Assembly: GCA_965279525.1 (NCBI GenBank)
Contig: CBDIIB010000005.1
Span: 1,376,001 to 1,440,000, forward strand
Origin: Tagaea sp.
GTDB taxonomy: Bacteria; Pseudomonadota; Alphaproteobacteria; CACIAM-22H2
Reading direction: 5' to 3'
Length of the DNA stretch: 64,000 nucleotides
How positions within the stretch are numbered: position 1 is the first letter of the stretch; each line of letters opens with the position of its first letter. Of the stretch, positions 41,735 to 51,710 are shown one piece after another. The position numbers and the translations under genes are program-made. Under the pieces are notes generated by a model. It was not told the origin of the DNA. It worked only from the letters and a program-made list of their open reading frames with translations, and searched no databases.

Positions 41735-42909
41735 TGTTCTACGAACTCGCGACCCCCTCGTGGGGACAGGAGGAGATCGACGCCCTCCAGTCCGTCATCG
41801 CGTCCGGCCGCTTCACGATGGGCGAAAGGGTCGCCGCGATGGAAGCGGCGTTTGCCGCCTATCACGGCAAGAAATATGGGGTGATGGTCAATTCCGGTTC
41901 GTCGGCGAACCTGATCTGCATCGCGGCACTCGCCTATCATTCGTCGCGGCCACTGGCGCGCGGCGACGAGGTGATCGTGCCGGCGATCTCGTGGAGCACG
42001 ACCTATCATCCGCTTCAGCAGTACGGGCTCAAATGCCGGTTCGTCGACGTCGAGCTCGAGACGCTCAACATGGACGTCTCGAAGCTCGAGCAGGCGCTGA
42101 CGCCCAAGACCAAGGCGCTGCTCGCCGTCTCGATCCTGGGCAACCCGGCCAAGCTCGACGAAATGCGCGCCTTCTGCGACCGGCACGGCCTGTGGTTCAT
42201 GGAAGACAACTGCGAATCCATGGATGCGGTCCTGCCCTCGGGCCGCAAGGCCGGCACGCTCGGCGATCTCAACACGTTCAGCTTCTTCTTCTCGCACCAC
42301 ATTTCGACGATGGAAGGCGGGATGGTGCTGACGGACGATCTCGAGCTCTACCATCTGCTCAAATGCATGCGCGCGCACGGCTGGACGCGCGACATCCCGC
42401 CGGACTCGCCGCTGTTCAAGCGCACCGCCAGCGACCATTTCGAGGCCTACCGCTTCCTGTTCCCGGGCTACAACGTCCGCCCGCTGGAGATGGAGGCGGC
42501 CGTCGGCATCGAGCAGCTCAAGAAGCTGCCGGCGATGACCGCGGCCCGGCGCAAGAACCTTGCGCTGTTCCAGAAGCATTTCTCGGGCGACGAGAATTTC
42601 ATCATCCAGAAGGAGCACGGGCAGAGCTCGTCCTTCTGCTTCACGCTGATCCTCAATCCGAAGAAGGATCTCGATCGCGAGAAGATCTTCGCGACGCTGA
42701 AACAGGCCGACATCGGCTTCCGGATCATCACCGGCGGCTGCTTCCTGCGCCACGACACGATCAAATACTACGATTACGACATCGTCGGAAACGGCGTGCC
42801 GAATGCCGAGCTGGCGCACGACCGCGGCTTCTTCGTCGGCAACCATCCGCAGGACCTGAGCGTCCAGATCGAGACGCTGCGCAAGGTGCTGGACGGCGCA
42901 GTGCGCTGA
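41734..42909 (+). CDS. colD: PLP-dependent NDP-4-keto-6-deoxyhexose 3-dehydratase, ColD-like
   Basis: DegT fold with His at the Schiff-base Lys position (SHHISTMEGG); VPAISWSTTY.PLQQYG, EDNCES, RAHGWTR, PGYNVRPLE and GFFVGNH. Confidence 0.8.
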   Translation: MFYELATPSWGQEEIDALQSVIASGRFTMGERVAAMEAAFAAYHGKKYGVMVNSGSSANLICIAALAYHSSRPLARGDEVIVPAISWSTTYHPLQQYGLKCRFVDVELETLNMDVSKLEQALTPKTKALLAVSILGNPAKLDEMRAFCDRHGLWFMEDNCESMDAVLPSGRKAGTLGDLNTFSFFFSHHISTMEGGMVLTDDLELYHLLKCMRAHGWTRDIPPDSPLFKRTASDHFEAYRFLFPGYNVRPLEMEAAVGIEQLKKLPAMTAARRKNLALFQKHFSGDENFIIQKEHGQSSSFCFTLILNPKKDLDREKIFATLKQADIGFRIITGGCFLRHDTIKYYDYDIVGNGVPNAELAHDRGFFVGNHPQDLSVQIETLRKVLDGAVR

Positions 42910-42910
42910 G

Positions 42911-43915
42911 CTAGCGGCTCTCCGTCAGGTCCGGCTCGTAGACGACGATGCGGCTGCCGTCCGCACCCGTCTTCACGTCGACCTCGATCAGGTCCTTGAG
43001 ACGCTCGCGGATCGCGGCGCGCTTTTCCGGCGGTGCCACGAACGCGATGAATCCGCCGCCGCCGGCCCCCAGCAGCTTGCCGCCGACCGCCCCTGCCGCG
43101 ATTCCCGCCTCGTAGATCTGGTCGATCGTCGAGGTCGACACGCCTTCGGCAAGCTCCTTCTTCAGGCGCCAGCCGTCATGCATCAGCGCGCCGAGATCGA
43201 GCATCTGCCGGCCGGGGCTGGAGATGATCGCCTCGGCCTCGTCGACCATCTCGCGCATGCGATGCAGGTTCTTCTCCTTGGCACCCATGTTGGCGATCTG
43301 CTTGCTCGCCATCGCCATCGCGTAGCGCGACAGGCCGGTGAAGAACAGCATCAGTGAGCCCTCGAGTTCCTCGCGCCGGGCCAGCGTCAGGATCAGCGGC
43401 TTGACCGAGAAGCTGCCATCGATGCGGAAATCGATCCGGTTGAGACCGCCATAGGCCGCCCAGACCTGGTCCTGGCTGCCGACCGGTTCGCGGATGACGT
43501 GCTGCTCGATGCGGATCGCCTCTTCGGCGAGTTTGTGCTTCGAGATCATCTGGCCGCGGAGCGCATAGAGCGCGTTGAGCAGGCCGACCGTGAAAGCGGA
43601 CGACGAGCCCAGACCCGAACGCGCCGGAAGGTCGCCGTCATGATGGATCTCCAGACCGCGCCGCTCCTTCTGGTCGAGCAGGACGGCCCGCACGGCCGGG
43701 TGCTCGATCTCGAGCAGGTCGTTGACCAGCTCGATGCGCGACCACACCACCCGATAGCGGTGCTCGAAGAACGGCGGAAGACGGCGCAGCGAGATGTTGC
43801 AGTACTTGTCGATCGCCGTGCCGATCACGGCGCCGCCATGCTGCAGGTACCATTTCGGGTAATCGGTGCCGCCGCCGAAGAAGGAGAGGCGGTACGGGGT
43901 GCGCGAGATGATCAC
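42911..43915 (-). CDS. hddA: GHMP kinase, D-glycero-D-manno-heptose-7-phosphate kinase-like
   Basis: RLSFFGGGTD, PARSGLGSS, GSQDQ and GKLLGAGGGG. Confidence 0.75.
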   Translation of the reverse strand: MIISRTPYRLSFFGGGTDYPKWYLQHGGAVIGTAIDKYCNISLRRLPPFFEHRYRVVWSRIELVNDLLEIEHPAVRAVLLDQKERRGLEIHHDGDLPARSGLGSSSAFTVGLLNALYALRGQMISKHKLAEEAIRIEQHVIREPVGSQDQVWAAYGGLNRIDFRIDGSFSVKPLILTLARREELEGSLMLFFTGLSRYAMAMASKQIANMGAKEKNLHRMREMVDEAEAIISSPGRQMLDLGALMHDGWRLKKELAEGVSTSTIDQIYEAGIAAGAVGGKLLGAGGGGFIAFVAPPEKRAAIRERLKDLIEVDVKTGADGSRIVVYEPDLTESR

Positions 43916-44032
43916 GGGCGGCGGACTCCATCGCGGGGCGAATCGAGACGATCAATTGCAAGGATAAGAAATATCACCTATATCAGTCGCTTACCAGTTC
44001 AGTTGCGGGTTCTGCAGAGGGAGTGACGGCAG

Positions 44033-44977
44033 ATGGCGGGCAAGACGCGCGTTCTGATTACCGGCGGTGCAGGCTATCTGGGCTCCACGCTGACACCGGC
44101 CCTGCTCGATGCCGGCTACGCCGTGACGGTGCTCGACAGTTTCATGTTCAGGCAGATGCCGCTGGCCCATGTCTGCGCGCATCCGGATTTCGACGTCGCG
44201 CGCGGCGATGCCCGCGACGAATCGGTCCTGAAGCCGCTTGTCGCGAAGGCCGACGCCGTCATCCCGCTTGCGGCACTGGTCGGCGCACCGCTGTGCAACG
44301 CCGACAAGCTGGGCGCCGAGTCGATCAATCGCGATGCGGTCAAGACGCTGCTGAAGCTGATGTCCCCGTCCCAGCGCGTGCTGATGCCGGTGACGAATTC
44401 CGGCTACGGCGTGGGCGAGAAGGGCAAGGAATGCACGGAAGACAGTCCGCTGCGGCCGATCTCGCTCTACGGGCGCACCAAGGTCGAGGCGGAGGAAGCG
44501 GTCCTCGCGCGCGGCAACGCGATCTCGTTCCGGCTCGCGACCGTCTTCGGGATGAGTCCGCGCATGCGCATCGACCTGCTGGTCAACGATTTCGTGCACC
44601 GCGCCGTGACCGACCGTGCCGTCGTCCTGTTCGAGCCGCATTTCAAGCGCAACTATGTCCACGTGCGCGACGTGGCGAACGCCTTCATGCACGGCCTCTC
44701 GAAGTTCGATACGATGAAGGACCGTCCCTACAATGTCGGTCTTTCGGACGCGAACATCTCGAAATGGGAGCTGTGCGAACGGATCGCCAGGCACGTGCCC
44801 GGCTTCGTGTTCATCGAAGCGCCGATCGGCGAAGACCCGGACAAGCGCGACTATATCGTCTCGAATGCACGCATCGAGGCGACGGGCTTCAAGCCGAAAT
44901 TCTCGCTCGATGACGGCATCGTCGAGCTGATGAAGGGCTTCCGGATGATCCGCAACTCGGTCTACGGGAACGTATGA
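44033..44977 (+). CDS. NAD-dependent NDP-sugar epimerase/dehydratase
   Basis: TGGAGYLG, LAALVG.P.C, YGRTK and RLATVFG.SPRMR.DLLVN. Confidence 0.88.
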   Translation: MAGKTRVLITGGAGYLGSTLTPALLDAGYAVTVLDSFMFRQMPLAHVCAHPDFDVARGDARDESVLKPLVAKADAVIPLAALVGAPLCNADKLGAESINRDAVKTLLKLMSPSQRVLMPVTNSGYGVGEKGKECTEDSPLRPISLYGRTKVEAEEAVLARGNAISFRLATVFGMSPRMRIDLLVNDFVHRAVTDRAVVLFEPHFKRNYVHVRDVANAFMHGLSKFDTMKDRPYNVGLSDANISKWELCERIARHVPGFVFIEAPIGEDPDKRDYIVSNARIEATGFKPKFSLDDGIVELMKGFRMIRNSVYGNV

Positions 44978-45507
44978 ACGTCGTCGATCTCGATCTGCCG
45001 GGCGTGAAGCTGGTCGAGCCGAAGGTCTTCGGCGACCCGCGCGGCCAGTTCCTCGAGACGTGGAATGCCGGGCGCTACGCGGCCGCCGGGATTCCGGGGC
45101 CGTTCGTGCAGGACAACCTGTCGCGCTCGCGCCGGAACACGGTTCGCGGGCTGCACTGGCAGGACCCCAATCCGCAGGGCAAGCTCGTGTCGGTCGTCGC
45201 CGGTGCGGTCTGGGATGTGGTGGTCGACATCCGCCGCGACAGCGCGGCGTACGGGAAATGGTACGGCGTCGAGCTTTCGGCCGAGAACCGCCGGCAGCTC
45301 TGGGTGCCCGCCGGCCTTGCGCACGGCTTTGCCGTGCTCAGCGATTTCGCCGATTTCACGTACAAGGTCACCGGCCCCTACAGCCCGAAGGACGAACACG
45401 TGCTGCGCTGGAACGATCCGGAAATCGGCATCGACTGGAAGATCGATCCGGCGGCTGCGATACTGTCCGAGCGCGACGCGACCGCATCGGGGCTTGCAGG
45501 CATATGA
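44974..45507 (+). CDS. rfbC: dTDP-4-dehydrorhamnose 3,5-epimerase
   Basis: D.RG.F.E, QDN.S.S, RGLH, QGKLV and AHGF. Confidence 0.93.
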   Translation: MNVVDLDLPGVKLVEPKVFGDPRGQFLETWNAGRYAAAGIPGPFVQDNLSRSRRNTVRGLHWQDPNPQGKLVSVVAGAVWDVVVDIRRDSAAYGKWYGVELSAENRRQLWVPAGLAHGFAVLSDFADFTYKVTGPYSPKDEHVLRWNDPEIGIDWKIDPAAAILSERDATASGLAGI

Positions 45508-46385
45508 ACGAGAGATTGGGCATCTTGCTGGCGGGCGGGGCAGGCACGCGCCTGCATCCTTCGACCCTCGCCACGTCGAAGCAGCTGCTGCCCGTCTACG
45601 ACAAGCCAATGGTCTACTACCCGCTGTCGACGCTGATGCTCGCGGGTATCCGGAAAGTGCTGCTGATTTCCACGCCGGTCGACATTCCAGGCTTCAAGCG
45701 CCTGTTCGGCGACGGGAAGGCGTGGGGCATCGATATTTCGTACGCCGAACAGCCCAAGCCCGAGGGAATCGCGCAGGCCTACCTGATCGCGGAGACCTAT
45801 CTTGCCGGCCGTCCGTCGGCGCTGATACTCGGTGACAACATCTTCTATGGCGAAGGCCTGTCGCGCCGACTGCAGGCCGTCGCCGGCCGCGGCGACCCGG
45901 GGGCAAGCGTGTTCGCCTATACGGTTTCCGATCCCGAACGCTATGGCGTGATCGAGCTGGACGGTTCCGGAAAGCCGACGGGACTGGTCGAAAAGCCGGC
46001 CAGCCCGCGCTCGAATCTCGCCGTCACCGGACTCTATTTCTACGACGGCGACGCCTCGCGCAGGACGCGCGGTCTGCGGCCGAGTGCGCGCGGCGAACTC
46101 GAGATCACCGATCTGAACCGGTCCTATCTGGACGACGGCCTCCTGACTGTCGAGACGCTGCGCCGCGGCAATGCCTGGCTCGATACCGGCACGCAGGACT
46201 CGCTCCTCGACGCGTCGAACTTCATCGCTGCGGTCGAACGCCGGCAGGGCCTCAAGATCGGCTGCCCGGAAGAGATCGCCTGGCGGCAGGGCTGGATCGA
46301 CGATGCGGCCCTTGCGCGGCTCGCCGAGCCGCTGCGCAAGAGCGGCTATGGCGAGTATCTGCTGCGGCTGATCGGCAGGCGCTGA
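45504..46385 (+). CDS. rfbA: Glucose-1-phosphate thymidylyltransferase
   Basis: LAGGAGTRL, KQLLPVYDKPM, RGELEITD and WLDTGT. Confidence 0.95.
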   Translation: MNERLGILLAGGAGTRLHPSTLATSKQLLPVYDKPMVYYPLSTLMLAGIRKVLLISTPVDIPGFKRLFGDGKAWGIDISYAEQPKPEGIAQAYLIAETYLAGRPSALILGDNIFYGEGLSRRLQAVAGRGDPGASVFAYTVSDPERYGVIELDGSGKPTGLVEKPASPRSNLAVTGLYFYDGDASRRTRGLRPSARGELEITDLNRSYLDDGLLTVETLRRGNAWLDTGTQDSLLDASNFIAAVERRQGLKIGCPEEIAWRQGWIDDAALARLAEPLRKSGYGEYLLRLIGRR

Positions 46386-46388
46386 GCC

Positions 46389-47444
46389 ATGCGGTCCATC
46401 CTCGTCACCGGCGGCTGCGGTTTCATCGGATCGGCATTCCTGCGCCACGTCGTGGGGCAGGGGCTTGCCCGGGCGGTCAATGTCGACAAGCTGACCTACG
46501 CCGCCAATCCCGATGCGGTCGCCGCACTCGCGGGCGGTGACTATGCTTTCGTGCAGGCCGATATCGGCGACAGGGACGCGATGCGCGCGGCATTCGCGAA
46601 GTACCGCCCGGAGGCCGTCGTGAATTTCGCGGCCGAGACGCATGTCGACCGCTCCATCGACGGACCGCTCGCCTTCGTGGAGACCAACGTCGCGGCGACC
46701 GCCCGCCTCCTCGTCGAGGCGCACGCCTACTGGCGGAGCCTGGATGGAACGGCGCGCGACGCGTTCCGCTTCCTGCACGTGTCGACCGATGAAGTCTTCG
46801 GGTCGCTCGACGCCGACGATCCGCCCTTCACCGAGACGTCCGCCTACGCGCCGAATTCGCCCTATGCCGCGACGAAGGCTGCGTCCGACCATCTCGTGCG
46901 CGCGTGGAACCGGACCTACGGCCTGCCCGTCCTCGTCACCAACTGCTCGAACAATTACGGGCCCTGGCAGTTCCCCGAGAAACTCATCCCGCTGATGATC
47001 GCCAAGGCGCGCGCTGGCGAGAAGCTGCCGGTCTACGGCGCCGGGACCAACGTGCGCGACTGGCTGCATGTCGAAGACCACGCGGCCGGACTATGGCTCG
47101 CCCTGACGCGCGGCAGGCCCGGCGAGACCTACGGCTTCGGCGGCGGGAGCGAGGTCGCAAACATCGATGTCGTCCACGCGATCTGCGATACGCTCGATTC
47201 GCGTCTGGGAATTCTGGCTGGCGGCCCGCGCCGGCGTCACGTCGAGTACGTGTCGGACCGACCGGGCCATGATTTCCGGTATGCGATCGATGCTGGAAAG
47301 GCGGCGGCAGAACTCGGCTGGCGTCCGGGCCGCGACTTCGCCACCGGTCTCGCCGCGACCGTCGACTGGTATCTTGCCAACGCCGCATGGGTCGATTCGA
47401 TCCGCAGCCGCCTCTACGCGCTCGAGCGCCTCGGAACGGGATGA
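46389..47444 (+). CDS. rfbB: dTDP-glucose 4,6-dehydratase
   Basis: TGGCGFIG, DKLTYA, AAETHVDRS, STDEV, SNNYGP and DRPGHD. Confidence 0.95.
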   Translation: MRSILVTGGCGFIGSAFLRHVVGQGLARAVNVDKLTYAANPDAVAALAGGDYAFVQADIGDRDAMRAAFAKYRPEAVVNFAAETHVDRSIDGPLAFVETNVAATARLLVEAHAYWRSLDGTARDAFRFLHVSTDEVFGSLDADDPPFTETSAYAPNSPYAATKAASDHLVRAWNRTYGLPVLVTNCSNNYGPWQFPEKLIPLMIAKARAGEKLPVYGAGTNVRDWLHVEDHAAGLWLALTRGRPGETYGFGGGSEVANIDVVHAICDTLDSRLGILAGGPRRRHVEYVSDRPGHDFRYAIDAGKAAAELGWRPGRDFATGLAATVDWYLANAAWVDSIRSRLYALERLGTG

Positions 47445-48340
47445 TGCCGGTCGTCCTCGTGTTCGGCGCCGGCGGCCAGGTCGGCCGGGCGCTCGTCGAA
47501 GCAGGCCCGGCGCACGGCTGGACCGTGCGCGGCCTTGCACGCGACGCGGTCGACATCTGCGATGCCGCTTCGGTGAAGGCGGCCGTGGCCGCGACTGCGC
47601 CGGATGCCATCGTCAACGCCGCCGCGTATACCGCCGTCGACAAGGCGGAAGCGGACGCCGAACAGGCGCAGCGCGTGAATGGCGAGGCACCCGGCACGAT
47701 CGCGACGGCCGCCGCCGCCGCCGGCGTGCCCTTCGTGCATCTGTCGACCGACTACGTGTTCGACGGCACGTCGCGCGTTCCCTACAAGGAAGCCGATCCG
47801 GTCGGGCCGCCTTGTGTTTACGGGCGCACGAAGCGCGCCGGCGAGATCGCGGCCTACAAGGCCGGCGGGCGCAGCGTCATCTTGCGCACGTCGTGGGTCT
47901 TCGCGCCGTGGGGCGTCAATTTCGTGCGCACGATGCTGCACCATGCCGCCCTCAAGCCCGAACTGCGCGTCGTCGACGATCAGCGTGGCGGACCCACGCC
48001 GGCAACCGAGATCGCCGCGACAATCCTGAAGATCCTGCCGCGCCTGGCCGGCGAGGACGGCGCCAGCCGCACCGGGCTGTTCCACTATCAGGGTCGTCCG
48101 CCGGTCACCTGGGCGGCATTCGCAGACGCGATCCTCGACGAAGGGGCGCTGCTCGGCCATCCGCGCCCGCCGGTCGTACGCATCGCGACATCGGACTGGC
48201 CGACGGCGGCAGCGCGTCCGGCCAACAGCGTGCTCGATTGCGCGCGCATCGCGCGCGATTACGACATCACTCCACCCGACTGGCGGCCGGCCCTGTCGCG
48301 GGCGGTGCGCGAGATCCTGTCGGAAGCGAAGGCCGGCTGA
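47441..48340 (+). CDS. rfbD: dTDP-4-dehydrorhamnose reductase
   Basis: GAGGQVG, NAAAYTAVDKAE, STDYVFDG, YGRTK and DQ.G.PT. Confidence 0.93.
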   Translation: MMPVVLVFGAGGQVGRALVEAGPAHGWTVRGLARDAVDICDAASVKAAVAATAPDAIVNAAAYTAVDKAEADAEQAQRVNGEAPGTIATAAAAAGVPFVHLSTDYVFDGTSRVPYKEADPVGPPCVYGRTKRAGEIAAYKAGGRSVILRTSWVFAPWGVNFVRTMLHHAALKPELRVVDDQRGGPTPATEIAATILKILPRLAGEDGASRTGLFHYQGRPPVTWAAFADAILDEGALLGHPRPPVVRIATSDWPTAAARPANSVLDCARIARDYDITPPDWRPALSRAVREILSEAKAG

Positions 48341-48344
48341 ACGC

Positions 48345-50252
48345 TCAGGCCGGCCGGTATTCCGGCACAAGGGCCCGCATTGCGGCGAGCGTGCCGGCGG
48401 CATCGCCACTGCGAGCCAGCATCTCGATCCGTGCCAGTTCCGTGCGAAGGGCCTCGAGTTCGGCGGCGCGCGAACGGGCGACCTTGATGCCGGCGATCGC
48501 GGTCGCCGTCGCCTGTTCTTCGGTATGGAACAGTTCCTCGAAAAGTTTCTCGCCGGGCCGCAGGCCGGTGAAAGCGACGGCGATGTCGATGTCCGGACGC
48601 TTGCCGGCGAGGCGGATCATGCGCCGCGCCAGGTCCTGGATGCGGACAGGCTCGCCCATCTCGAGAACGAGGATGCCGCCGCGCGGGCCGGCGCTGCCGG
48701 ACGTCGCGAGCACGCTTGCCTGCAGGACGAGCTCGACCGCCTCGCGGATCGTCATGAAATAGCGCACGACGTCCGGATGCGTGACCGTCAGCGGGCCGCC
48801 GCTCGCGAGCTGGCGCTGGAACAGGGGCACGACCGAACCGGACGAGCCGAGCACGTTGCCGAATCGTACCGTCACGAAGCGCGTGGCGCCTCCGGCGGCA
48901 TCGAGGGTCTGGCACAGCATCTCGGCAATCCGCTTGCTGGCCCCCAGCACATTGGTCGGATTGACCGCCTTGTCGGTCGAGATGAGGACGACGGCCTGCA
49001 CGTCCGCGGCGATCGCGGCGTCCGCGACATTGCGGGTTCCGACGGCATTGGTGAGTGCGCCTTCAGACGGGTTCGCCTCGAGGAGCGGGACGTGCTTGAG
49101 CGCTGCCGCGTGGAAGACGATCTCCGGCCGGTGGGCCGACATCAGGCCTGCCAGCCGTCCGGCATCGCGGATGTCGGCGATCGCGGCTTCGCGCCGCAGG
49201 TTCGGCCAGCCTTCCTCGACTTCGCGGTCGATCGCATAGAGCTGGTATTCGGAGTTGTCGAGCAACACGAGGATCGCCGGATCGCGTGCCGCGATCTGGC
49301 GCACGAGCTCGGCGCCGATGCTCCCGCCGGCACCCGTCACCAGCACGCGCCGTCCGCGCACGAGCCGGTCCATCGACTCGCGGTCGAGCACGGTCTGCGG
49401 CCGCCCGAGCAGGTCCTCGATCGCGATCGGGTTGACCTCGAGCGCCGCATCCGCCGAATTGCCGCCCGACAGCGCGTTGATGCGCGGCAGCCGCACGGCG
49501 GTCATGCCGCAGCGGTCGGCAAGATCGACGAGCGCGCTCAGCGCCTCGCCGTCGAGCTGGGGTGTCGCGATGACGAGACGCTGCGGACGAAGGCCGCGCT
49601 TCTTGAGGTCGGCGACGATCGTCTCCAGCGCCTCGGGTGCACCGAGGACTTCGGTCCCGCCCATGCGTCGCCCCTGCCGGCGCGCGGCCTCATCGAGGAT
49701 TCCCACGACGAAATAGGGAGCACGGCGGCGGCGGCGGTTGGCCTGCAGGAAAAGCTCTGCCCCGTCGTTGGCACCGACGATCAGCACCTGGACCTGGTCT
49801 TCGCGCGGGCCACCGAACGTCAGGTCGAGCCGCCCCTCGCGCACGCTGCGATAGAGCAGGCGAGGTCCGATCAACAGCGCGAAAAGGACGAACCAATTGA
49901 TCAGCAAGGCAGCGCGCGGAATCCCCGCAAGCCGCGACCACAGGAACATCGCAGGAAGGAACAGCAGGATCGCCAGCGTGACGGAGCGCGCGACCAGCAC
50001 CATGTCGTCGATCGCGACATAGCGCCACACGCCGCGTGGCAGTCCCGTCCAGTGGAACGCGACGGCGGAAGCAAGGGCGAACGTGATCGTGCCGCCGATC
50101 AGCAGGTCGTTCGAATATTGCGTCAGTTCGTCGCCGACGCGCAGATAGAGCGCGATCTGGAACGACATCACCGCCATGAAGATGTCGTGGACCAGCGAGA
50201 GCGTGACGCGGTCGAAACGCTGGATGAAGCGGGTCAGTCCGTTCGTGGCCAT
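48345..50252 (-). CDS. Membrane-anchored UDP-GlcNAc 4,6-dehydratase (CapD/WbpM/PglF family)
   Basis: Four N-terminal TMs; IEDLLGR, TGAGGSIG, HAAALKHVP, STDKAV, RFGNVLGSSGSV and GLRPGEKL. Confidence 0.92.
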   Translation of the reverse strand: MATNGLTRFIQRFDRVTLSLVHDIFMAVMSFQIALYLRVGDELTQYSNDLLIGGTITFALASAVAFHWTGLPRGVWRYVAIDDMVLVARSVTLAILLFLPAMFLWSRLAGIPRAALLINWFVLFALLIGPRLLYRSVREGRLDLTFGGPREDQVQVLIVGANDGAELFLQANRRRRRAPYFVVGILDEAARRQGRRMGGTEVLGAPEALETIVADLKKRGLRPQRLVIATPQLDGEALSALVDLADRCGMTAVRLPRINALSGGNSADAALEVNPIAIEDLLGRPQTVLDRESMDRLVRGRRVLVTGAGGSIGAELVRQIAARDPAILVLLDNSEYQLYAIDREVEEGWPNLRREAAIADIRDAGRLAGLMSAHRPEIVFHAAALKHVPLLEANPSEGALTNAVGTRNVADAAIAADVQAVVLISTDKAVNPTNVLGASKRIAEMLCQTLDAAGGATRFVTVRFGNVLGSSGSVVPLFQRQLASGGPLTVTHPDVVRYFMTIREAVELVLQASVLATSGSAGPRGGILVLEMGEPVRIQDLARRMIRLAGKRPDIDIAVAFTGLRPGEKLFEELFHTEEQATATAIAGIKVARSRAAELEALRTELARIEMLARSGDAAGTLAAMRALVPEYRPA

Positions 50253-50272
50253 CGTTTCCCGGTGCCCCAGCG

Positions 50273-51553
50273 TCAGAGCGTCAGGGAGGTGCAGCCCGCG
50301 GGCAGACTGGCCCCGCGCCACAGACCCTTGATGTCGAAAACGATCGCGCCGGGGGCCGCGAGGCCGGCGAGTCCGTTCGCCGGCAGATCTGCATATGCCG
50401 TATGCGCGACTGCCATCACGACGGCATCGTAGCGCCTGCCGGCCGGAAGCGTCGTGTGGATCGACTGGCCGTACTCGTGTCGCGCGGCTTGCGGATCCAC
50501 GATGGGATCATGCACGTCGACCCGATGGCCGAGAGCCTCGAGATCGCGCACCAGGTCAATCACCTTGGTGTTGCGCAGGTCCGGCACGTTCTCCTTGAAG
50601 GCGAGGCCGAGGACGAGGATGTCGGCGGGGCCGGGCTTGCGTGCGGTCAGCGCGCCGCCGATCTGGCTGGCGATATAGCCTGCCATGGCGTCGTTGATGC
50701 GTCGGCCGGCAAGGATGATTTCGGGATGATGGCGAAAGCGCGCGGCGGCTTCGGCAAGGTAGTAGGGGTCGACGCTGATGCAGTGCCCGCCGACCAGGCC
50801 CGGCGTGAAGGGCAGGAAATTCCACTTGGTGCGCGCGGCGGCCAGCACGTCGTGCGCCGACAGCCCCATCTTGTTGAAGATCATCGTCACTTCGTTGATG
50901 AAGGCGATGTTGATGTCGCGCTGCGCGTTCTCGATCACCTTGGCGGCTTCGGCCGTGCGGATGTCGCGCGCGAGGAAGATGTTGCCGTTGTTGATCGCGC
51001 CATACATTTCGCCCAGCGCCTTGGTCACGTCGGGTGTCTGCCCGGCGACGACCTTGGTGATGTGCGCGATCGTGTGCGTCTTGTCGCCGGGGTTGATGCG
51101 TTCGGGGCTGTAGCCCAGATGGAAGTCGTGCCCGCACACGAGGCCCGAGGCCTTGGCCACTTCCGGCCCGACGATATCCTCGGTCACGCCGGGATAGACG
51201 GTGCTTTCGAGCACGACGGTGGCGCCACGCCGGATCGCCTTGCCGACCGTGCGGCTTGCCGCGACCACGGCACCCAGATCGGGACGGTTGGCCGCGTCGA
51301 CAGGCGTGGGAACGGTGATGATGTAGACATCCGCACCGCCGATGGCGTCGGAATCCGCAGTTACGGCAAGCTTTGCTGCTTTGAGCGTGGGCTCGTCGAT
51401 CTCCCCGGTCCGGTCCCTGCCGGCGGCAAGTTCGTCAATCCGGCCCCGGTCGAGATCGAATCCGGTGACCTGGAAGCGCATGGCAAGGCCCACGGCCAGA
51501 GGCAACCCGACATAGCCGAGGCCGACGACGACGATTCGCGAGGTAGGATTCAT
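50273..51553 (-). CDS. UDP-N-acetylhexosamine dehydrogenase (TviB/WbpO-like)
   Basis: GLGYVGLP, ESTVYPG, SPERINPG, GGHCI and FKEN.PD.RN. Confidence 0.9.
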   Translation of the reverse strand: MNPTSRIVVVGLGYVGLPLAVGLAMRFQVTGFDLDRGRIDELAAGRDRTGEIDEPTLKAAKLAVTADSDAIGGADVYIITVPTPVDAANRPDLGAVVAASRTVGKAIRRGATVVLESTVYPGVTEDIVGPEVAKASGLVCGHDFHLGYSPERINPGDKTHTIAHITKVVAGQTPDVTKALGEMYGAINNGNIFLARDIRTAEAAKVIENAQRDINIAFINEVTMIFNKMGLSAHDVLAAARTKWNFLPFTPGLVGGHCISVDPYYLAEAAARFRHHPEIILAGRRINDAMAGYIASQIGGALTARKPGPADILVLGLAFKENVPDLRNTKVIDLVRDLEALGHRVDVHDPIVDPQAARHEYGQSIHTTLPAGRRYDAVVMAVAHTAYADLPANGLAGLAAPGAIVFDIKGLWRGASLPAGCTSLTL

Positions 51554-51710
51554 GTCATGTTCCCGGGTGCGACTATGCCCTTCGTAGCGGCCTTGGCAGG
51601 CTCGCGCAAGCGGCGGAAAGAAAGGGTGAATCTGCGCCGGTGATTTCTTGGCAACCGTGGCGTTGAAGCCGTACTGTCGCACCGGTCGCGACGTTCGGGC
51701 GGAGTGAAAT

